A stretch of 64,000 nucleotides of DNA from positions 128,001-192,000 of the forward strand of contig JBCCWC010000002.1 of NCBI GenBank assembly GCA_039194325.1. The letters run 5' to 3'. Source of the stretch: Myxococcota bacterium. GTDB taxonomy: Bacteria > Myxococcota_A > Polyangia > Nannocystales > Nannocystaceae. Position 1 is the first letter of the stretch, and every line of letters starts with the position of its first letter. The notes under the pieces are model-generated. The model searched no databases and was not told where the DNA came from. It was given only the letters and a program-made list of their open reading frames with translations. Positions 9,643 to 19,600 of this stretch are shown here, piece by piece. Both the position numbers and the translations under genes were made by a program.

Positions 9643-9649
9643 GAGAGAT

Positions 9650-11008
9650 ATGAAGATGACACGACAAGGGTTCTCGAGCTTCACTCGCCGGGGCTTCATG
9701 CGCGGGGCCGGGCTGGCCACCGCAGCCGGCATGGGCCTGCCCTTCCTATCCAGCCTGGTCGCCCGGGCGGCCGGCGACGAGGATCGATGCAAGCGACTCA
9801 TCATCCTTTGCTCGCCCAACGAGTTCATCGATCGCGATCATTGGCTGCCTTCGGGAGGCAACGGCGACAGCTACGCGATCACCGGGCTCCCCCCGGTGAT
9901 GAGTGCGCTCGAGCCCTACCTGAGCAAGCTGCTGATCGTCGGCGATCTCAGGATGCAGAGCCGCGCGGACGACCCCCATCCCGGTGGTCATCTCGGCACG
10001 AGTCACGTGCTCGTAGGGCGCAAGGTTACTCCCAACGGCTCCGGCCCGGGTGATGCGTGGGGTGGAGGGATTTCGGTCGACCAATACATCGGCCAGCAGC
10101 TGGGCATGGACCCGATCACCCTCGGCGTGAGGGTTGGCAGCGCCGATTGCCGCACGCGTATATCGTATCTCGGCGACAGCCAGCCGGTCACCCCGGTGAC
10201 CGATCCGGTGGTCGCTTTCGATAGCCTCTTCGCCGATTCGTTGATGCCCGCCGAGGAGCTGGCCGCCCTCAAGGCCCAGCGTCTATCGGTGCTCGATCGG
10301 GTGTCGGGTGATCTCGAGCGCATCAAGAGCCGGCTGCCCCAGGAGGGCCGTAACAAGCTCGATGTGCACGCCGATATGGTCCGCGAGCTCGAGCTGAAGA
10401 TCGAGTCCGAGCAGGTGCTGGACTGTGCTCCCGTCCCACCGCAAGGGGGCATGGACTACGGCTCCAACGCCAATTTCCCTACCGCCGTGCGGCGCCAGAT
10501 CGATGTAATGGTCCAGGCGCTAGGCTGTGGGATCACCGACATCGCGACCCTTCAGTTGGCCAACTCTGGAGCGGGTAACATTACCCCGGTATGGCCCGAG
10601 GAGGGCATCAACATCAGCAAAGACTACCACAATATCGCCCACGACTATAACGGCAGCTCGGGCAATGCTGCCATCCGCGAGCGTCGGGAACAGCTCGAGG
10701 CATTCTTCTACCGGATGTTTGCCTATCTGCTCGAGCAGCTCGAGGCGATCCCCGAAGGAGATGGCACCACCATGCTCGACAACTCGCTGGTCATGTGGAG
10801 CAAGCCCCTGGGCTACAAGCATCGCCTCGACACGCACCCGTTCATCCTGGCGGGCGGAGCCCGCGGCCGCCTGAACCCCGGGCGCTTTGTCTCCTTCCCG
10901 GATAAGCCGCACAACAACCTCCTGGTCAACCTCTGCAACCTGATGGGCCTGGATGATCAGACCTTCGGCAATCCGGACTACTGCACGGGTCCGTTCGATC
11001 TCGGGTGA
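9650..11008 (+). CDS. DUF1552 domain protein (Tat signal)
   Basis: TRRGFMRGAG Tat motif, ISVDQYIG, SVLDRV, IPEGDGTTMLDNS; usual partner of DUF1592. Confidence 0.93.
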   Translation: MKMTRQGFSSFTRRGFMRGAGLATAAGMGLPFLSSLVARAAGDEDRCKRLIILCSPNEFIDRDHWLPSGGNGDSYAITGLPPVMSALEPYLSKLLIVGDLRMQSRADDPHPGGHLGTSHVLVGRKVTPNGSGPGDAWGGGISVDQYIGQQLGMDPITLGVRVGSADCRTRISYLGDSQPVTPVTDPVVAFDSLFADSLMPAEELAALKAQRLSVLDRVSGDLERIKSRLPQEGRNKLDVHADMVRELELKIESEQVLDCAPVPPQGGMDYGSNANFPTAVRRQIDVMVQALGCGITDIATLQLANSGAGNITPVWPEEGINISKDYHNIAHDYNGSSGNAAIRERREQLEAFFYRMFAYLLEQLEAIPEGDGTTMLDNSLVMWSKPLGYKHRLDTHPFILAGGARGRLNPGRFVSFPDKPHNNLLVNLCNLMGLDDQTFGNPDYCTGPFDLG

Positions 11009-11074
11009 CGAGCTTGACCCTCGCATAGCTGCGGTGCTGCTCACGCACCAGCAATGGCTGCGTGAGCGGATCGG

Positions 11075-12559
11075 TCACTTCACCGCGGCCGCGGCCTTGC
11101 GCACGGCGGCCAGAAACTCTGCGGCGTCGTCGAAGCGATCGTAGGGCCTCTTGGCGAGCCCGCGCTCGATTAAGGGCTCGAGGTGTCGAAGGCCGTCGAG
11201 GCCGGGGGCGACCGTGCGCAGCCGTGGGGGCATGACCGAGACGTGCATGGCCAGCATTGCTCCGGCGTCGCTGGCCTTGAAAGGGAGCCGTCCGGCGAGC
11301 ATCTCGTAGAGCATCACCGTGGCCGCGTAGAGATCGGCACGTCCGTCGACTTCGCCGCCGCAGGCCTGCTCGGGGGCGATGTAGGCGGGAGTTCCGAGCG
11401 CCATGCCGGCCTCGGTCAGCCTGATGTTGGAGTGGGCTTGCAGCAGCTCTGGAGGCAGTCGCGCGATGCCCAGATCGATCACCTTGGCAAAGCACGGGTC
11501 GCCGGGTTGTTCGATCACGAAGACGTTCTCGGGCTTGACGTCGCGGTGCACGATCCCCTCGGCGTGGAGCTCGCCGAGCGCCGTCAGCACATGCTGGAGG
11601 ATGTGTAGCGCCTTGGGTGGGGGGAGCCGATTGCCGCCGAGCATGGCGAACAGCTCGCAGCCCTCCAGGCGCTCCATGACCATGAACAGCCCCCCGTCCT
11701 TCGTCTCACCGATCTCGTAGACCTCGACGAGGTTGGGGTGCTGCACCGCGGCCATGGCCGCGGCCTCTCGATGGAAACGTTCGCGGAGCGCGGGATCGTG
11801 GGTTCGCTCGGGCGCGAGCCGCTTGAGGGCGACGGTGCGGCCCGTGGCGAGCTGGTCGGCGAGGAAGACCTCGCCCATGCCTCCGGCTCCCAGTAGCGTG
11901 CGAATGCGATAGCCGGGGGCGAGTTTGTCGGCCGCGGTAAACTCGGCGGTCTTCTCGTGCTCTGAGTCGGCCCGCGCCCGCTTCGCGCCTTGAACAATCG
12001 TGTGGCCTCGCTGCTGCGTCAGTGCGTGCACGAAGCCCTTGCGGGCGGCAGCCAGGCGCTCACGGATCACTCGGGGGGATTCCCTCAAGGTGCGGGCGAT
12101 CCGATCGACGGACTCGCCGTGGAGCTCGGCGAGGATCAGCACGCTGCGCTGCTCGGGGGGAAGCGCGGCCAGGACCTCTCGCACGGCCCCGCGCATGGCC
12201 GCCTTGCCCTGGGCGGGCGCGAGCGGGGCATCCAGCGGGAGCCGTGGCTCGGCTTGAGGACTACCGTCTTGGCGTTCTTCGGCCAGCTCGTGAACCAGGC
12301 TGGCGAGCCAGGCTTCGATCTCACGAGGGTCGCTCAGCTCGTCGAGGCGACGAGCCGCGCGCACGAACACGTCTTCGCAGGCGGGCTCGGCCTGGTCGGG
12401 GTCGAGCAGCAAGCCGGTGAGCAGGCGATAGACGGGGATCTGGTGGCGGCGGACCAGCTCGCTGTAGGCGCTGGCATCCTCCCGATCGCGATAGGCGGCG
12501 ATCAGCTGGGCGTCGCTTATCGTGGTGATGCCGGTCTGTTGCGCGAGGCGGTTGCTCAT
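11075..12559 (-). CDS. ECF sigma-like domain fused to Ser/Thr protein kinase
   Basis: N-terminal region2/region4-like segments (AYSELVRRHQ..VY; LAALPPEQRSVLILAELHG); kinase GAGGMGEV, ALK, HRDVKPEN, DLG, GTPAYIAPE. Confidence 0.88.
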   Translation of the reverse strand: MSNRLAQQTGITTISDAQLIAAYRDREDASAYSELVRRHQIPVYRLLTGLLLDPDQAEPACEDVFVRAARRLDELSDPREIEAWLASLVHELAEERQDGSPQAEPRLPLDAPLAPAQGKAAMRGAVREVLAALPPEQRSVLILAELHGESVDRIARTLRESPRVIRERLAAARKGFVHALTQQRGHTIVQGAKRARADSEHEKTAEFTAADKLAPGYRIRTLLGAGGMGEVFLADQLATGRTVALKRLAPERTHDPALRERFHREAAAMAAVQHPNLVEVYEIGETKDGGLFMVMERLEGCELFAMLGGNRLPPPKALHILQHVLTALGELHAEGIVHRDVKPENVFVIEQPGDPCFAKVIDLGIARLPPELLQAHSNIRLTEAGMALGTPAYIAPEQACGGEVDGRADLYAATVMLYEMLAGRLPFKASDAGAMLAMHVSVMPPRLRTVAPGLDGLRHLEPLIERGLAKRPYDRFDDAAEFLAAVRKAAAAVK

Positions 12560-12610
12560 GGCGATCACCGAGGACAGAGCAAGCAGGGCGGGATCGAGGT
12601 CGCTGCGCGC

Positions 12611-13501
12611 TCAGGGGTGCTCGTCGGCACCGCGGCGGGTCAGGCCGTCGAGCACGTGACGAGCGGGGACGAAGTGTTGCTGACCCTCGGCGTCGCGAAG
12701 CAGCAGGCCCAGGGGACAAAAGCGCTCGGCGGTCCCTCGGATCTCGCCCAGCTCGATCTCGTCGCCCAGGCGGATCAGGCGACGCAGATAGTAGTTGGCG
12801 ATGATCTCCTCGGCAGGGCGTCGCATCGACCACGCGAACAAGAAGGCGAGGGTGGCGAGCACCACCGCGAGCACCATGCCCAGGCTCGAGGTCAGAAACG
12901 AGATGTCGATCCCCAGCAGATCGATCGCCACCAGCGCCGCCAGGCCCAGCAGGCCGATCTCCGTGACCGACTCGATCGTGCTCGCCATCGAGTTGCGCAT
13001 CTCGTGGAGGACCGCCCCGACGGCACGACGGGCGGCACCGGCGGCATAGGCCCCGATCGCGATCACCAGCAGGGCCGAGACCAGCCGCGGCACGTAGCCC
13101 AGGGCGGCTCCGACCGCATCCTCGATGGCATCGAGGCCGAGCACGTCGGCGGCGGCCATCGTGGCCAGCAACAAGATCGCGGCGTAGACCAGGCCGGCCA
13201 TCGCCAGCGAGGGGGTCAGGTCCTCGCGGAATGCCTCGAGGATCCGGGCCAGGCGCGTGCTCCTGACCGCTTTGTCGAGGCGGGTCATGCCCAGCACGCG
13301 GGCGACTATCTTGCGCACGACCACCGCCGCGAGCCAGCCCACGAGCAGCACGACCACGCCCGAGGCGATCGTAGGGGCGTAGGCGGCGACCTGGGTCCAC
13401 ATGACCTGCACGGGCCCGATCATGTCGGGCTCGACCACCATGGTCATGGTCATGGTCATGGTCATGGTCGTCGCCATCGAGAGCATGGGATCCATCATCA
13501 C
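12611..13501 (-). CDS. Small-conductance mechanosensitive channel-related (CmpX/TM_helix) membrane protein
   Basis: TM_helix-type repeats (AYAPTIASG, GYVPRLVSALL); C-terminal IRLGDEIELGEIRGT; GTG overlaps upstream stop. Confidence 0.8.
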   Translation of the reverse strand: MMMDPMLSMATTMTMTMTMTMVVEPDMIGPVQVMWTQVAAYAPTIASGVVVLLVGWLAAVVVRKIVARVLGMTRLDKAVRSTRLARILEAFREDLTPSLAMAGLVYAAILLLATMAAADVLGLDAIEDAVGAALGYVPRLVSALLVIAIGAYAAGAARRAVGAVLHEMRNSMASTIESVTEIGLLGLAALVAIDLLGIDISFLTSSLGMVLAVVLATLAFLFAWSMRRPAEEIIANYYLRRLIRLGDEIELGEIRGTAERFCPLGLLLRDAEGQQHFVPARHVLDGLTRRGADEHP

Positions 13502-13713
13502 TCGTCCTCCGTGACCAGGGAGTCGTCGTCCCCGCGCACCCAGTGCCACGGCGAGACGACGAGCAGTCGCGCGAACTCCGAGAGGGTCTTGGTCAGGGCG
13601 ACCCGAGAGCCGACCCGCTCCGCCATGTCATTGGAGGGCTTGGCCTCGAAGGTCATGGCCAGCAGCGAGCCGATGTCGAGCTCGGGCATTCCTTCGGTCA
13701 CGTCATCGGCCAT
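13498..13713 (-). CDS. Small acidic hypothetical protein
   Basis: 71 aa, AGGA upstream, stop overlaps the downstream start (GTGA). Confidence 0.65.
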   Translation of the reverse strand: MADDVTEGMPELDIGSLLAMTFEAKPSNDMAERVGSRVALTKTLSEFARLLVVSPWHWVRGDDDSLVTEDE

Positions 13714-13875
13714 TGTGGCGTCCTGGGGCGGGGGTCTGTGTCCGGCGGGGGGCCCGGGTGGGTCACGAGACCCCGAAGGAGGGCGCGGGACGCTTCGACC
13801 CTAGCCGATCGCCGTGGCGCAGTCACGCCGGGTTGTGCGGGGGCGAGCGAGGCTTGGTGACTCGGGGGTGACGGT

Positions 13876-15771
13876 TCAATCGCCGTACGGCCGATGATCC
13901 GGCAGCACCGGGGGCGGGAGCATGACGGCCCGGCCCGGGGGCGGGAGCTCGAAGGGGCGCAGGCCCTCGGGCCCGCCGACCAGGAACACGATCTCGGCGT
14001 GCGGCAGCGGGCGGTCGAACACGAAGTGTAAAGAGGCGGGCCCCTGACCCTCGCGCTCGTGCATCACCCGGGCTCGGAACAGACCCACGCCGACCTCGTC
14101 CCCCGTGTGCAGGGCTTCGGGGGGCGGCCGGAAGAGCGTCTCTTGGGGTTGGTCGTGCATGGCTTGCTCGACGGTGGAGATCTCCAGGGTGCGCTCGTCG
14201 AAGCGGCGCACGAGCAGGCGCCGCTCGCCGATACCGAGCGCGTGCCACGAGCGGGGGAGCGGGCGACCGAGCAGGTGGAGGATCCACCGTCCGTGCAATC
14301 CGGTGACCAGGCCGGGGGCGGCGATCACCACGACGTGCTTGTCTCCCAGGGGGAGGTCGCGGCTTTGGGGGCTGTCGTGAAAGCGCAGGTAGGAGCGACC
14401 GGTGCTGCCGATCCCCGCGATCTGAGCGCGGGCCCACGGGGCGTCGAGCACCAGGTGTTGCAGCAACGAGGTACCGGCGAGCGCGGCCAGGCTCAGCCCG
14501 CGAAGCCATGCGCTCGGCTGACGGGGTCGGGGCCGAAGGGCCCGGACGGAGGCCACGCCCAGGCTGCCAACGAACACGGCGGGGCCGAGCGCGGCCAGGG
14601 CCAGAGCCCGGGTTGAAGGGAGGATCGCGGCCAGGGGGACGAGCGCCCCCGCCGAGCCGAGCGCGGTCCAGGCGACGGCGCGGCGCTCGGTCGGCGAGAG
14701 GTTGCGGCGGGCGAGCCACCACGCAGGCAAGCCCAGCGCCACGATCGCCACGATCACAAAGCGCCCGTGGGCCTGCACGACCCCGGGGGGGCCGCTCGCG
14801 TTCGACAGTCCCGCGATGGCGCGGAGCACCGCCGAGTCCTCGTAACGAAACAGCAGGCGTTCGCTCTCTGCGGGCAGGCCCAGCCAGATCTCGCCGAGCA
14901 TGCGAGGGATCCTGTCGATCCCGGCCAGCATGAACTCGACGGGGTGACCGAGCGGGTCGATATAGCTGGTGGCCCCGTGCACACCTGCTCGGACGGCGAT
15001 CGAGAGGGCGGCGAAGCCCACCAGGGCGAGGGTGGCGGGCAGTAGCGCTCGCAGGCGACGACGCCACGCGTCGGTGCGGCCGACCAGCGCGTGGGCGAGC
15101 ACGTAGGCCACGCCACACAGCGCGTACTCGCCGGCGGCGAAGGCCAGGACCCACAATGTCAGCTCGAGTCCGAAGTGGCGCAGGTCGGTCGTAGAGGTGG
15201 TCGTGGAAGCGGCGAGCGCTCGTCGCTGGTAGACGGCCAGGGCGGCGAAGGCAAAGGTGGCCGAGATCATCGCGCAGCGGTTGGCCAACCAGGCCACGGT
15301 CCACCCGAAGGTCTCATCGACCGCATAGACGGCGAGGGCGAGCAGCGCGATCGTCGGGGTCGTGGCGCGGCGCAGGGCGAGGTGGGCGGTGACCAGCGTG
15401 GCGCTCAGCCAAGCCATCGAGTGGAGGTGATGCGCCAGGGGGTTGCGGGGGGCGAGCGCGTGGTCGAGCGCCAGCAGTAGGCTCGACAGCGGGCGCACCT
15501 GCACGAAGCGAAACTCGGGCACCGTCCACCACGGCAGCGAGCCCTGGGCGCGGTGGGCTGCGGTGGCGGCGGGATCCAGCGGGTAGAGCGAGTAGAGCTC
15601 CCAGGGCGCTCGCGGGCCGGCGAGGCCATCGAGCAAGGCGATCTGATAGACGTCGTCGGCCAAGAAGCCCACATCGACGGCCGGCCAGTAGAGCACGATG
15701 GCGACCACGATGGTCGTGGCGGCCCACCACCAGGCGCGGCGTGAGTGGGTAGACGGACGGTCGGCGAACAT
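13876..15771 (-). CDS. GT-C-like polytopic membrane protein (putative glycosyltransferase)
   Basis: GFLADD after TM1, RPLSSL, many TMs; ATG overlaps UbiA stop. Confidence 0.75.
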   Translation of the reverse strand: MFADRPSTHSRRAWWWAATTIVVAIVLYWPAVDVGFLADDVYQIALLDGLAGPRAPWELYSLYPLDPAATAAHRAQGSLPWWTVPEFRFVQVRPLSSLLLALDHALAPRNPLAHHLHSMAWLSATLVTAHLALRRATTPTIALLALAVYAVDETFGWTVAWLANRCAMISATFAFAALAVYQRRALAASTTTSTTDLRHFGLELTLWVLAFAAGEYALCGVAYVLAHALVGRTDAWRRRLRALLPATLALVGFAALSIAVRAGVHGATSYIDPLGHPVEFMLAGIDRIPRMLGEIWLGLPAESERLLFRYEDSAVLRAIAGLSNASGPPGVVQAHGRFVIVAIVALGLPAWWLARRNLSPTERRAVAWTALGSAGALVPLAAILPSTRALALAALGPAVFVGSLGVASVRALRPRPRQPSAWLRGLSLAALAGTSLLQHLVLDAPWARAQIAGIGSTGRSYLRFHDSPQSRDLPLGDKHVVVIAAPGLVTGLHGRWILHLLGRPLPRSWHALGIGERRLLVRRFDERTLEISTVEQAMHDQPQETLFRPPPEALHTGDEVGVGLFRARVMHEREGQGPASLHFVFDRPLPHAEIVFLVGGPEGLRPFELPPPGRAVMLPPPVLPDHRPYGD

Positions 15772-16577
15772 CAGTAAAGGCCCGAGCTCACCCACACGCA
15801 CTCGAGCAAGAGGGTCGGACCCAGCAGCAGGCGTATGCGGTTCCAGTAGCGCGGCAGATCGTCGGTGGGGATCGGCAATGCGGCGGCGGTCAGCGGCAGC
15901 ACGGCCAGCACGGGGTGGAAGAAGGTGGCCGCATAGGCGCCGCTTACGACCATCAGTCCCCGGGCCAGCCGCTGGGTGCGTGTCGAGCCCAGCACGACCG
16001 CCGTGGTGTGCACGCCCCGGCGCGCGTCGATGCAGCGATCGCGAAGCACCTGGATCGTCTCGAACACACCGGAGAAGAGCGCCAGCTGGCCCAGCAGCAA
16101 CCAGCCGGTCGGGTAGCCGGGGGGGACGGCCACGGCGGGCATGGCCAAGCCCCAGAGCATCATGGCGAGCACGTCGACGTAGGGGTGACGCTTGAGCCGG
16201 GCGGAGTAGAGCCAGCACACCCCCCCGCCCACCAATAGCGGCCACCACAGGCCTCCGCCCCAGACGAGCGCAAAGCCGGTCAGGGTGGCCGCCAGGCCCA
16301 GCTGCGCGCGCAGGGCCGCGTCGCGGTGGGTGGCGAGGAATCGGGTCTTGTCGCGATCGCGGGTCGAGGCCTCCAGATCGTCGTCGAGGTCGAACCAGTC
16401 GTTGTTGAGGTAGACCAGCAAGTTGAGCAGCAACCCGAAGCAGGCTCGGACGATAAGCTCTCCGGTCGGGAGCCGCAGGGCGAGCATGATGGCCACCGCT
16501 GCGGCCAGGTTGGCCATCTCGAGCCGCCGGAGCCGGTATCGTGCCACATCGAGGACGATCTCGAGTTCAGCGGGCAT
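15771..16577 (-). CDS. UbiA-family prenyltransferase
   Basis: YLNNDWFDLDDD and RDRCIDARRGVHT aspartate motifs, YS..LK, multiple TMs. Confidence 0.88.
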   Translation of the reverse strand: MPAELEIVLDVARYRLRRLEMANLAAAVAIMLALRLPTGELIVRACFGLLLNLLVYLNNDWFDLDDDLEASTRDRDKTRFLATHRDAALRAQLGLAATLTGFALVWGGGLWWPLLVGGGVCWLYSARLKRHPYVDVLAMMLWGLAMPAVAVPPGYPTGWLLLGQLALFSGVFETIQVLRDRCIDARRGVHTTAVVLGSTRTQRLARGLMVVSGAYAATFFHPVLAVLPLTAAALPIPTDDLPRYWNRIRLLLGPTLLLECVWVSSGLY

Positions 16578-16671
16578 CCGCGAGCCGATGCTCCCACATC
16601 GCCCCGCCGGGGGCCAGCGCGCGAGGTCTGATCCATTTGCGGGACCATACGGACTGTGATCTACTCGGAAC

Positions 16672-17346
16672 GTGGCTCGACGCCGGGTCTCAGATGCACT
16701 CGATGTGCCCCTTTATACGCCGGCCGAAGCGGCGCGGTACCTCGGCGTACCGGTTGCAACGGTGAGGTCTTGGGTCAAGGGGCGCCGATACCCTACGCGG
16801 GCAGGTCAGCGGAAATTCATACCCGTGGTGATGCCCGCAGATCCCTCGGGCGTGCTGTCGTTCCGTAACCTCGTCGAGATCCAGGTGCTTCGAGCTCTAC
16901 GGGCTACGCATGGGGTGAAGCTCGACAAAATCCGCCAAGCCATCGCGTTCATGCGCAAGACCCTGGAGGTCGAGCATCCGCTCGCGAGCTCGAGGATGCT
17001 GACCGATGGCAAGGATCTCTTCGTGAACTTCTTAGAGGTGATCATGCAAGCTGACGACGGTCAGCTCGTATTGAAGAGGGTCGTCGTCGAACATCTGGAG
17101 CGGGTCGAGTGGGAGGGCGACGAGCCGGTGCGCTTGTATCCCTTCCCGCGTCGTGGGCGGCAGTCGAAACGACGCGTCGTGCTCGACCCGCTCGTCCGAT
17201 GGGGGCGGCCCGTGCTGGCTGGGACTGCGATTCCTATCGATGACATCGCAGAACGTGCGGCTGCGGGCGAGTCGGTCTCGTCGATCGCGAAGGACTATGG
17301 CCGGTCGATCCCGGAGATCCGCAGCGCGCTCAGCTACACGGTCTGA
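16672..17346 (+). CDS. DUF433 antitoxin with N-terminal HTH (VapB45/Rv2018-like)
   Basis: PLYTPAEAARYLGVPVATVRSW, LSFRNLVE, EHPLA, DPLVRWGRPVLAGTAIP, AGESVSSIAKDYG. Confidence 0.9.
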   Translation: MARRRVSDALDVPLYTPAEAARYLGVPVATVRSWVKGRRYPTRAGQRKFIPVVMPADPSGVLSFRNLVEIQVLRALRATHGVKLDKIRQAIAFMRKTLEVEHPLASSRMLTDGKDLFVNFLEVIMQADDGQLVLKRVVVEHLERVEWEGDEPVRLYPFPRRGRQSKRRVVLDPLVRWGRPVLAGTAIPIDDIAERAAAGESVSSIAKDYGRSIPEIRSALSYTV

Positions 17347-17416
17347 AGACACCGTCTTTTACGAGGATGAGGACTGTCCGCCCGTACGTCGGGGTGCAAG
17401 ACGGAAGGATTCCTGA
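17341..17416 (+). pseudogene. Remnant of PIN-like (VapC45/DUF5615) toxin N-terminus
   Basis: SEDTVFYEDEDCPP overlaps antitoxin stop and resembles a PIN FxxDE start; no start codon, ends after about 25 codons. Confidence 0.45.
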
Positions 17417-17559
17417 ATCGCTATGCGCCCCGCTGCTCAGATCAGTTTGGCACCACCCGAACGGGCAACACGCGACAGGTGAAAATCCTAGATTTCATTC
17501 AGAGCCTATTGTCTTTCTAGAGCAAGCGAGCAGATCCGTTGGACAAACCGAGCCCTGGC

Positions 17560-19488
17560 TCACCGCTCGGGCGGCGGCGCCATGCGGCGGTACATGTTGC
17601 GGATCTCGAAATCCGCCGGGTGAGGGGCGGGCACGCGGATGAACCCGATCCGGTCGTGCTCGTCGATGAGCTCGCGCTCGATCTGGCAATTGGGTCCGCA
17701 GGCCAGGGTCTCCAGCCAGTGATAGCGCAGCACCACGTCGCCCTGGGGGTCGCTGCCGGTCACCAACAGGCGGTTGGTGCTGGCGGTCACCCGCCCGCGG
17801 CCTTCGGCCAGCAGGCTCACCGGCTCGCGGGCGCGATAGATCCGAAAATGCGAGATCTCGGTGACCTTCTCCAGCACGGGGCTTTGATCCCACCACGGGG
17901 AGTCACGGGCGCTGGTGGAGATGATGACCCAGCGGGCGGCGTAGGTCTGCAGGTAGCGTCGCAGAGCCTCGGGCGTGGTGATCCCCTGGGGGTGTCGACG
18001 AAAGAGGTTGGCCCAGCTGTGCTCCAGGTTTCGCCAGGTGAAGCCGCCCAGGATCTGCGCGTGGGTCTTCCAGCTCAGCTGCTCGCCGACGTGCCAGTTC
18101 TCCACCACGAAGCGGGCGGTGCCGTCGTCGTGGGCCCGCACCCAGGCGGCCAGATCGTCGTGGTGCCAGTCGCCATAGCTGAACTCGCCGTTCGGGCCGT
18201 AGCCGAGCATCGTGTACCAGATCCGCTGGCCGTCGAGCAGCTTGGCGGGCTTGGGCAGCGAGTGTCCGGTGAAGTACAGGATGTCGCGGCTGATGTGCTG
18301 GGCGGCGGGGACGAGCAGCACGAGGCACAGCGCTCGGGCGGGCCGTGACAGCCCAGACCACCAGCGCTCGCGGAACGACAGCTCCACCGCGGCGGCCAAG
18401 GGGATGATGGCCAAGAACCCGGTGGGTCCGATGTGACGGCGGGGCTGGATGTTGGCGAAGAACGTGTAGCCGCCCAGGTAGGTCAGCGCCAGCAGGAAGG
18501 CCAGGCCCAGGGCCAGCGGCCAGGCGCGGTCGTCACCGCGGCGGGCCAGTGCCCATAGGCCCGCGATCCCGCCGGCCACCAGGGTCAGCCGAATACCGGT
18601 GCGGTTGCCGATCACCCCCTGGGCGGCGGGGTCACCGAGCAACCCGAACAGATCCCACACCAGCGAGTCGAGGGTGGGATCGGCGAAGAACGAGGAGTCG
18701 AGGATGTAGTGCCAAAACGACAGGGCGTTGAGCAGCCAGTAGGCGTTGGCCAGCACGGTCACGCCGGCGATCGACCACACCACGGCGTGCTCGCGTCGGC
18801 TCAGCTCGCGTGCCCGCATAAGGTAGAGAGTGCCCATGGGCACGACGAGGATGAAGAAGGTGTAGGGGTGCACCAGGTGGGCCGCGGCCATGGTGATCGC
18901 GGCGAGCACGGCGTGGCGCCACCGTCGGTCCTGGATCCAGCGGTAGAAGGCGGCCAGGGGTAGCAGGAACAGGTAGCCGGCGAAGGCGTAGGCGACCATG
19001 CCCACAAACCACTCCCAGTGGTTCCACGAGTCGAAGTACCAATAGAGCACGCCCAAGGCTGCGGCCAGCAGCGAGGCGCGACGAGCCAGCCCAAACAGGC
19101 GCGCCGAGGCATAGACCACCGGGGCCACCAGCAGGTGAGCGAGCACGGTGAACAAGTTGAAGGCCAGGCCCTGGGGCACGCCCAGGGAGCTCAGCGCGTA
19201 GGTCCACAGCTCCCAGCCCTTGTTGTCGGCGTCGAAGATCGTGCCGTTGGGGTACCCTGCGAGGTGCTGGACGTCGTAGACCCAGGGGCGACCCCAGCCG
19301 CGCAGGCCCTCGAGCACCCGCCACACCTGGGAGATGTGCGTGTCGAAATCGAAGCCGGACGAGGGGGTGGAGGTCAGCAGCCGCTCGCCGCCGAAGTACC
19401 ACAAAAGGCCCGCCGGGCCGCCGAACACGAGCGCGACCGCGAGCACGGCTCGCCCCAGGCGACGGAGCGTATGGCCGGCGTTCGGCAC
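17560..19488 (-). CDS. GT-C-like polytopic membrane protein (YfhO-like)
   Basis: DFDTH after TM1, LAGYP motif, about 11 TMs, soluble C-terminal domain. Confidence 0.75.
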   Translation of the reverse strand: MPNAGHTLRRLGRAVLAVALVFGGPAGLLWYFGGERLLTSTPSSGFDFDTHISQVWRVLEGLRGWGRPWVYDVQHLAGYPNGTIFDADNKGWELWTYALSSLGVPQGLAFNLFTVLAHLLVAPVVYASARLFGLARRASLLAAALGVLYWYFDSWNHWEWFVGMVAYAFAGYLFLLPLAAFYRWIQDRRWRHAVLAAITMAAAHLVHPYTFFILVVPMGTLYLMRARELSRREHAVVWSIAGVTVLANAYWLLNALSFWHYILDSSFFADPTLDSLVWDLFGLLGDPAAQGVIGNRTGIRLTLVAGGIAGLWALARRGDDRAWPLALGLAFLLALTYLGGYTFFANIQPRRHIGPTGFLAIIPLAAAVELSFRERWWSGLSRPARALCLVLLVPAAQHISRDILYFTGHSLPKPAKLLDGQRIWYTMLGYGPNGEFSYGDWHHDDLAAWVRAHDDGTARFVVENWHVGEQLSWKTHAQILGGFTWRNLEHSWANLFRRHPQGITTPEALRRYLQTYAARWVIISTSARDSPWWDQSPVLEKVTEISHFRIYRAREPVSLLAEGRGRVTASTNRLLVTGSDPQGDVVLRYHWLETLACGPNCQIERELIDEHDRIGFIRVPAPHPADFEIRNMYRRMAPPPER

Positions 19489-19600
19489 GGGGCCGAGGCT
19501 ACACCTGCGCCCGAATGTTCGGCCACGCGCTCAGGTGGGTCGAGGCTGGATCGAGGTCGGACCGAGGCTCCGGTGGATGTCCGGTGGATGTTTGGCCGAC

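Noticed and set aside
13437..13470. (ACCATG)n repeat encoding TMTMTM as a phase-variation switch
   Set aside because: 6-bp unit keeps the frame; probably neutral slippage, and similar short runs occur elsewhere (26640)
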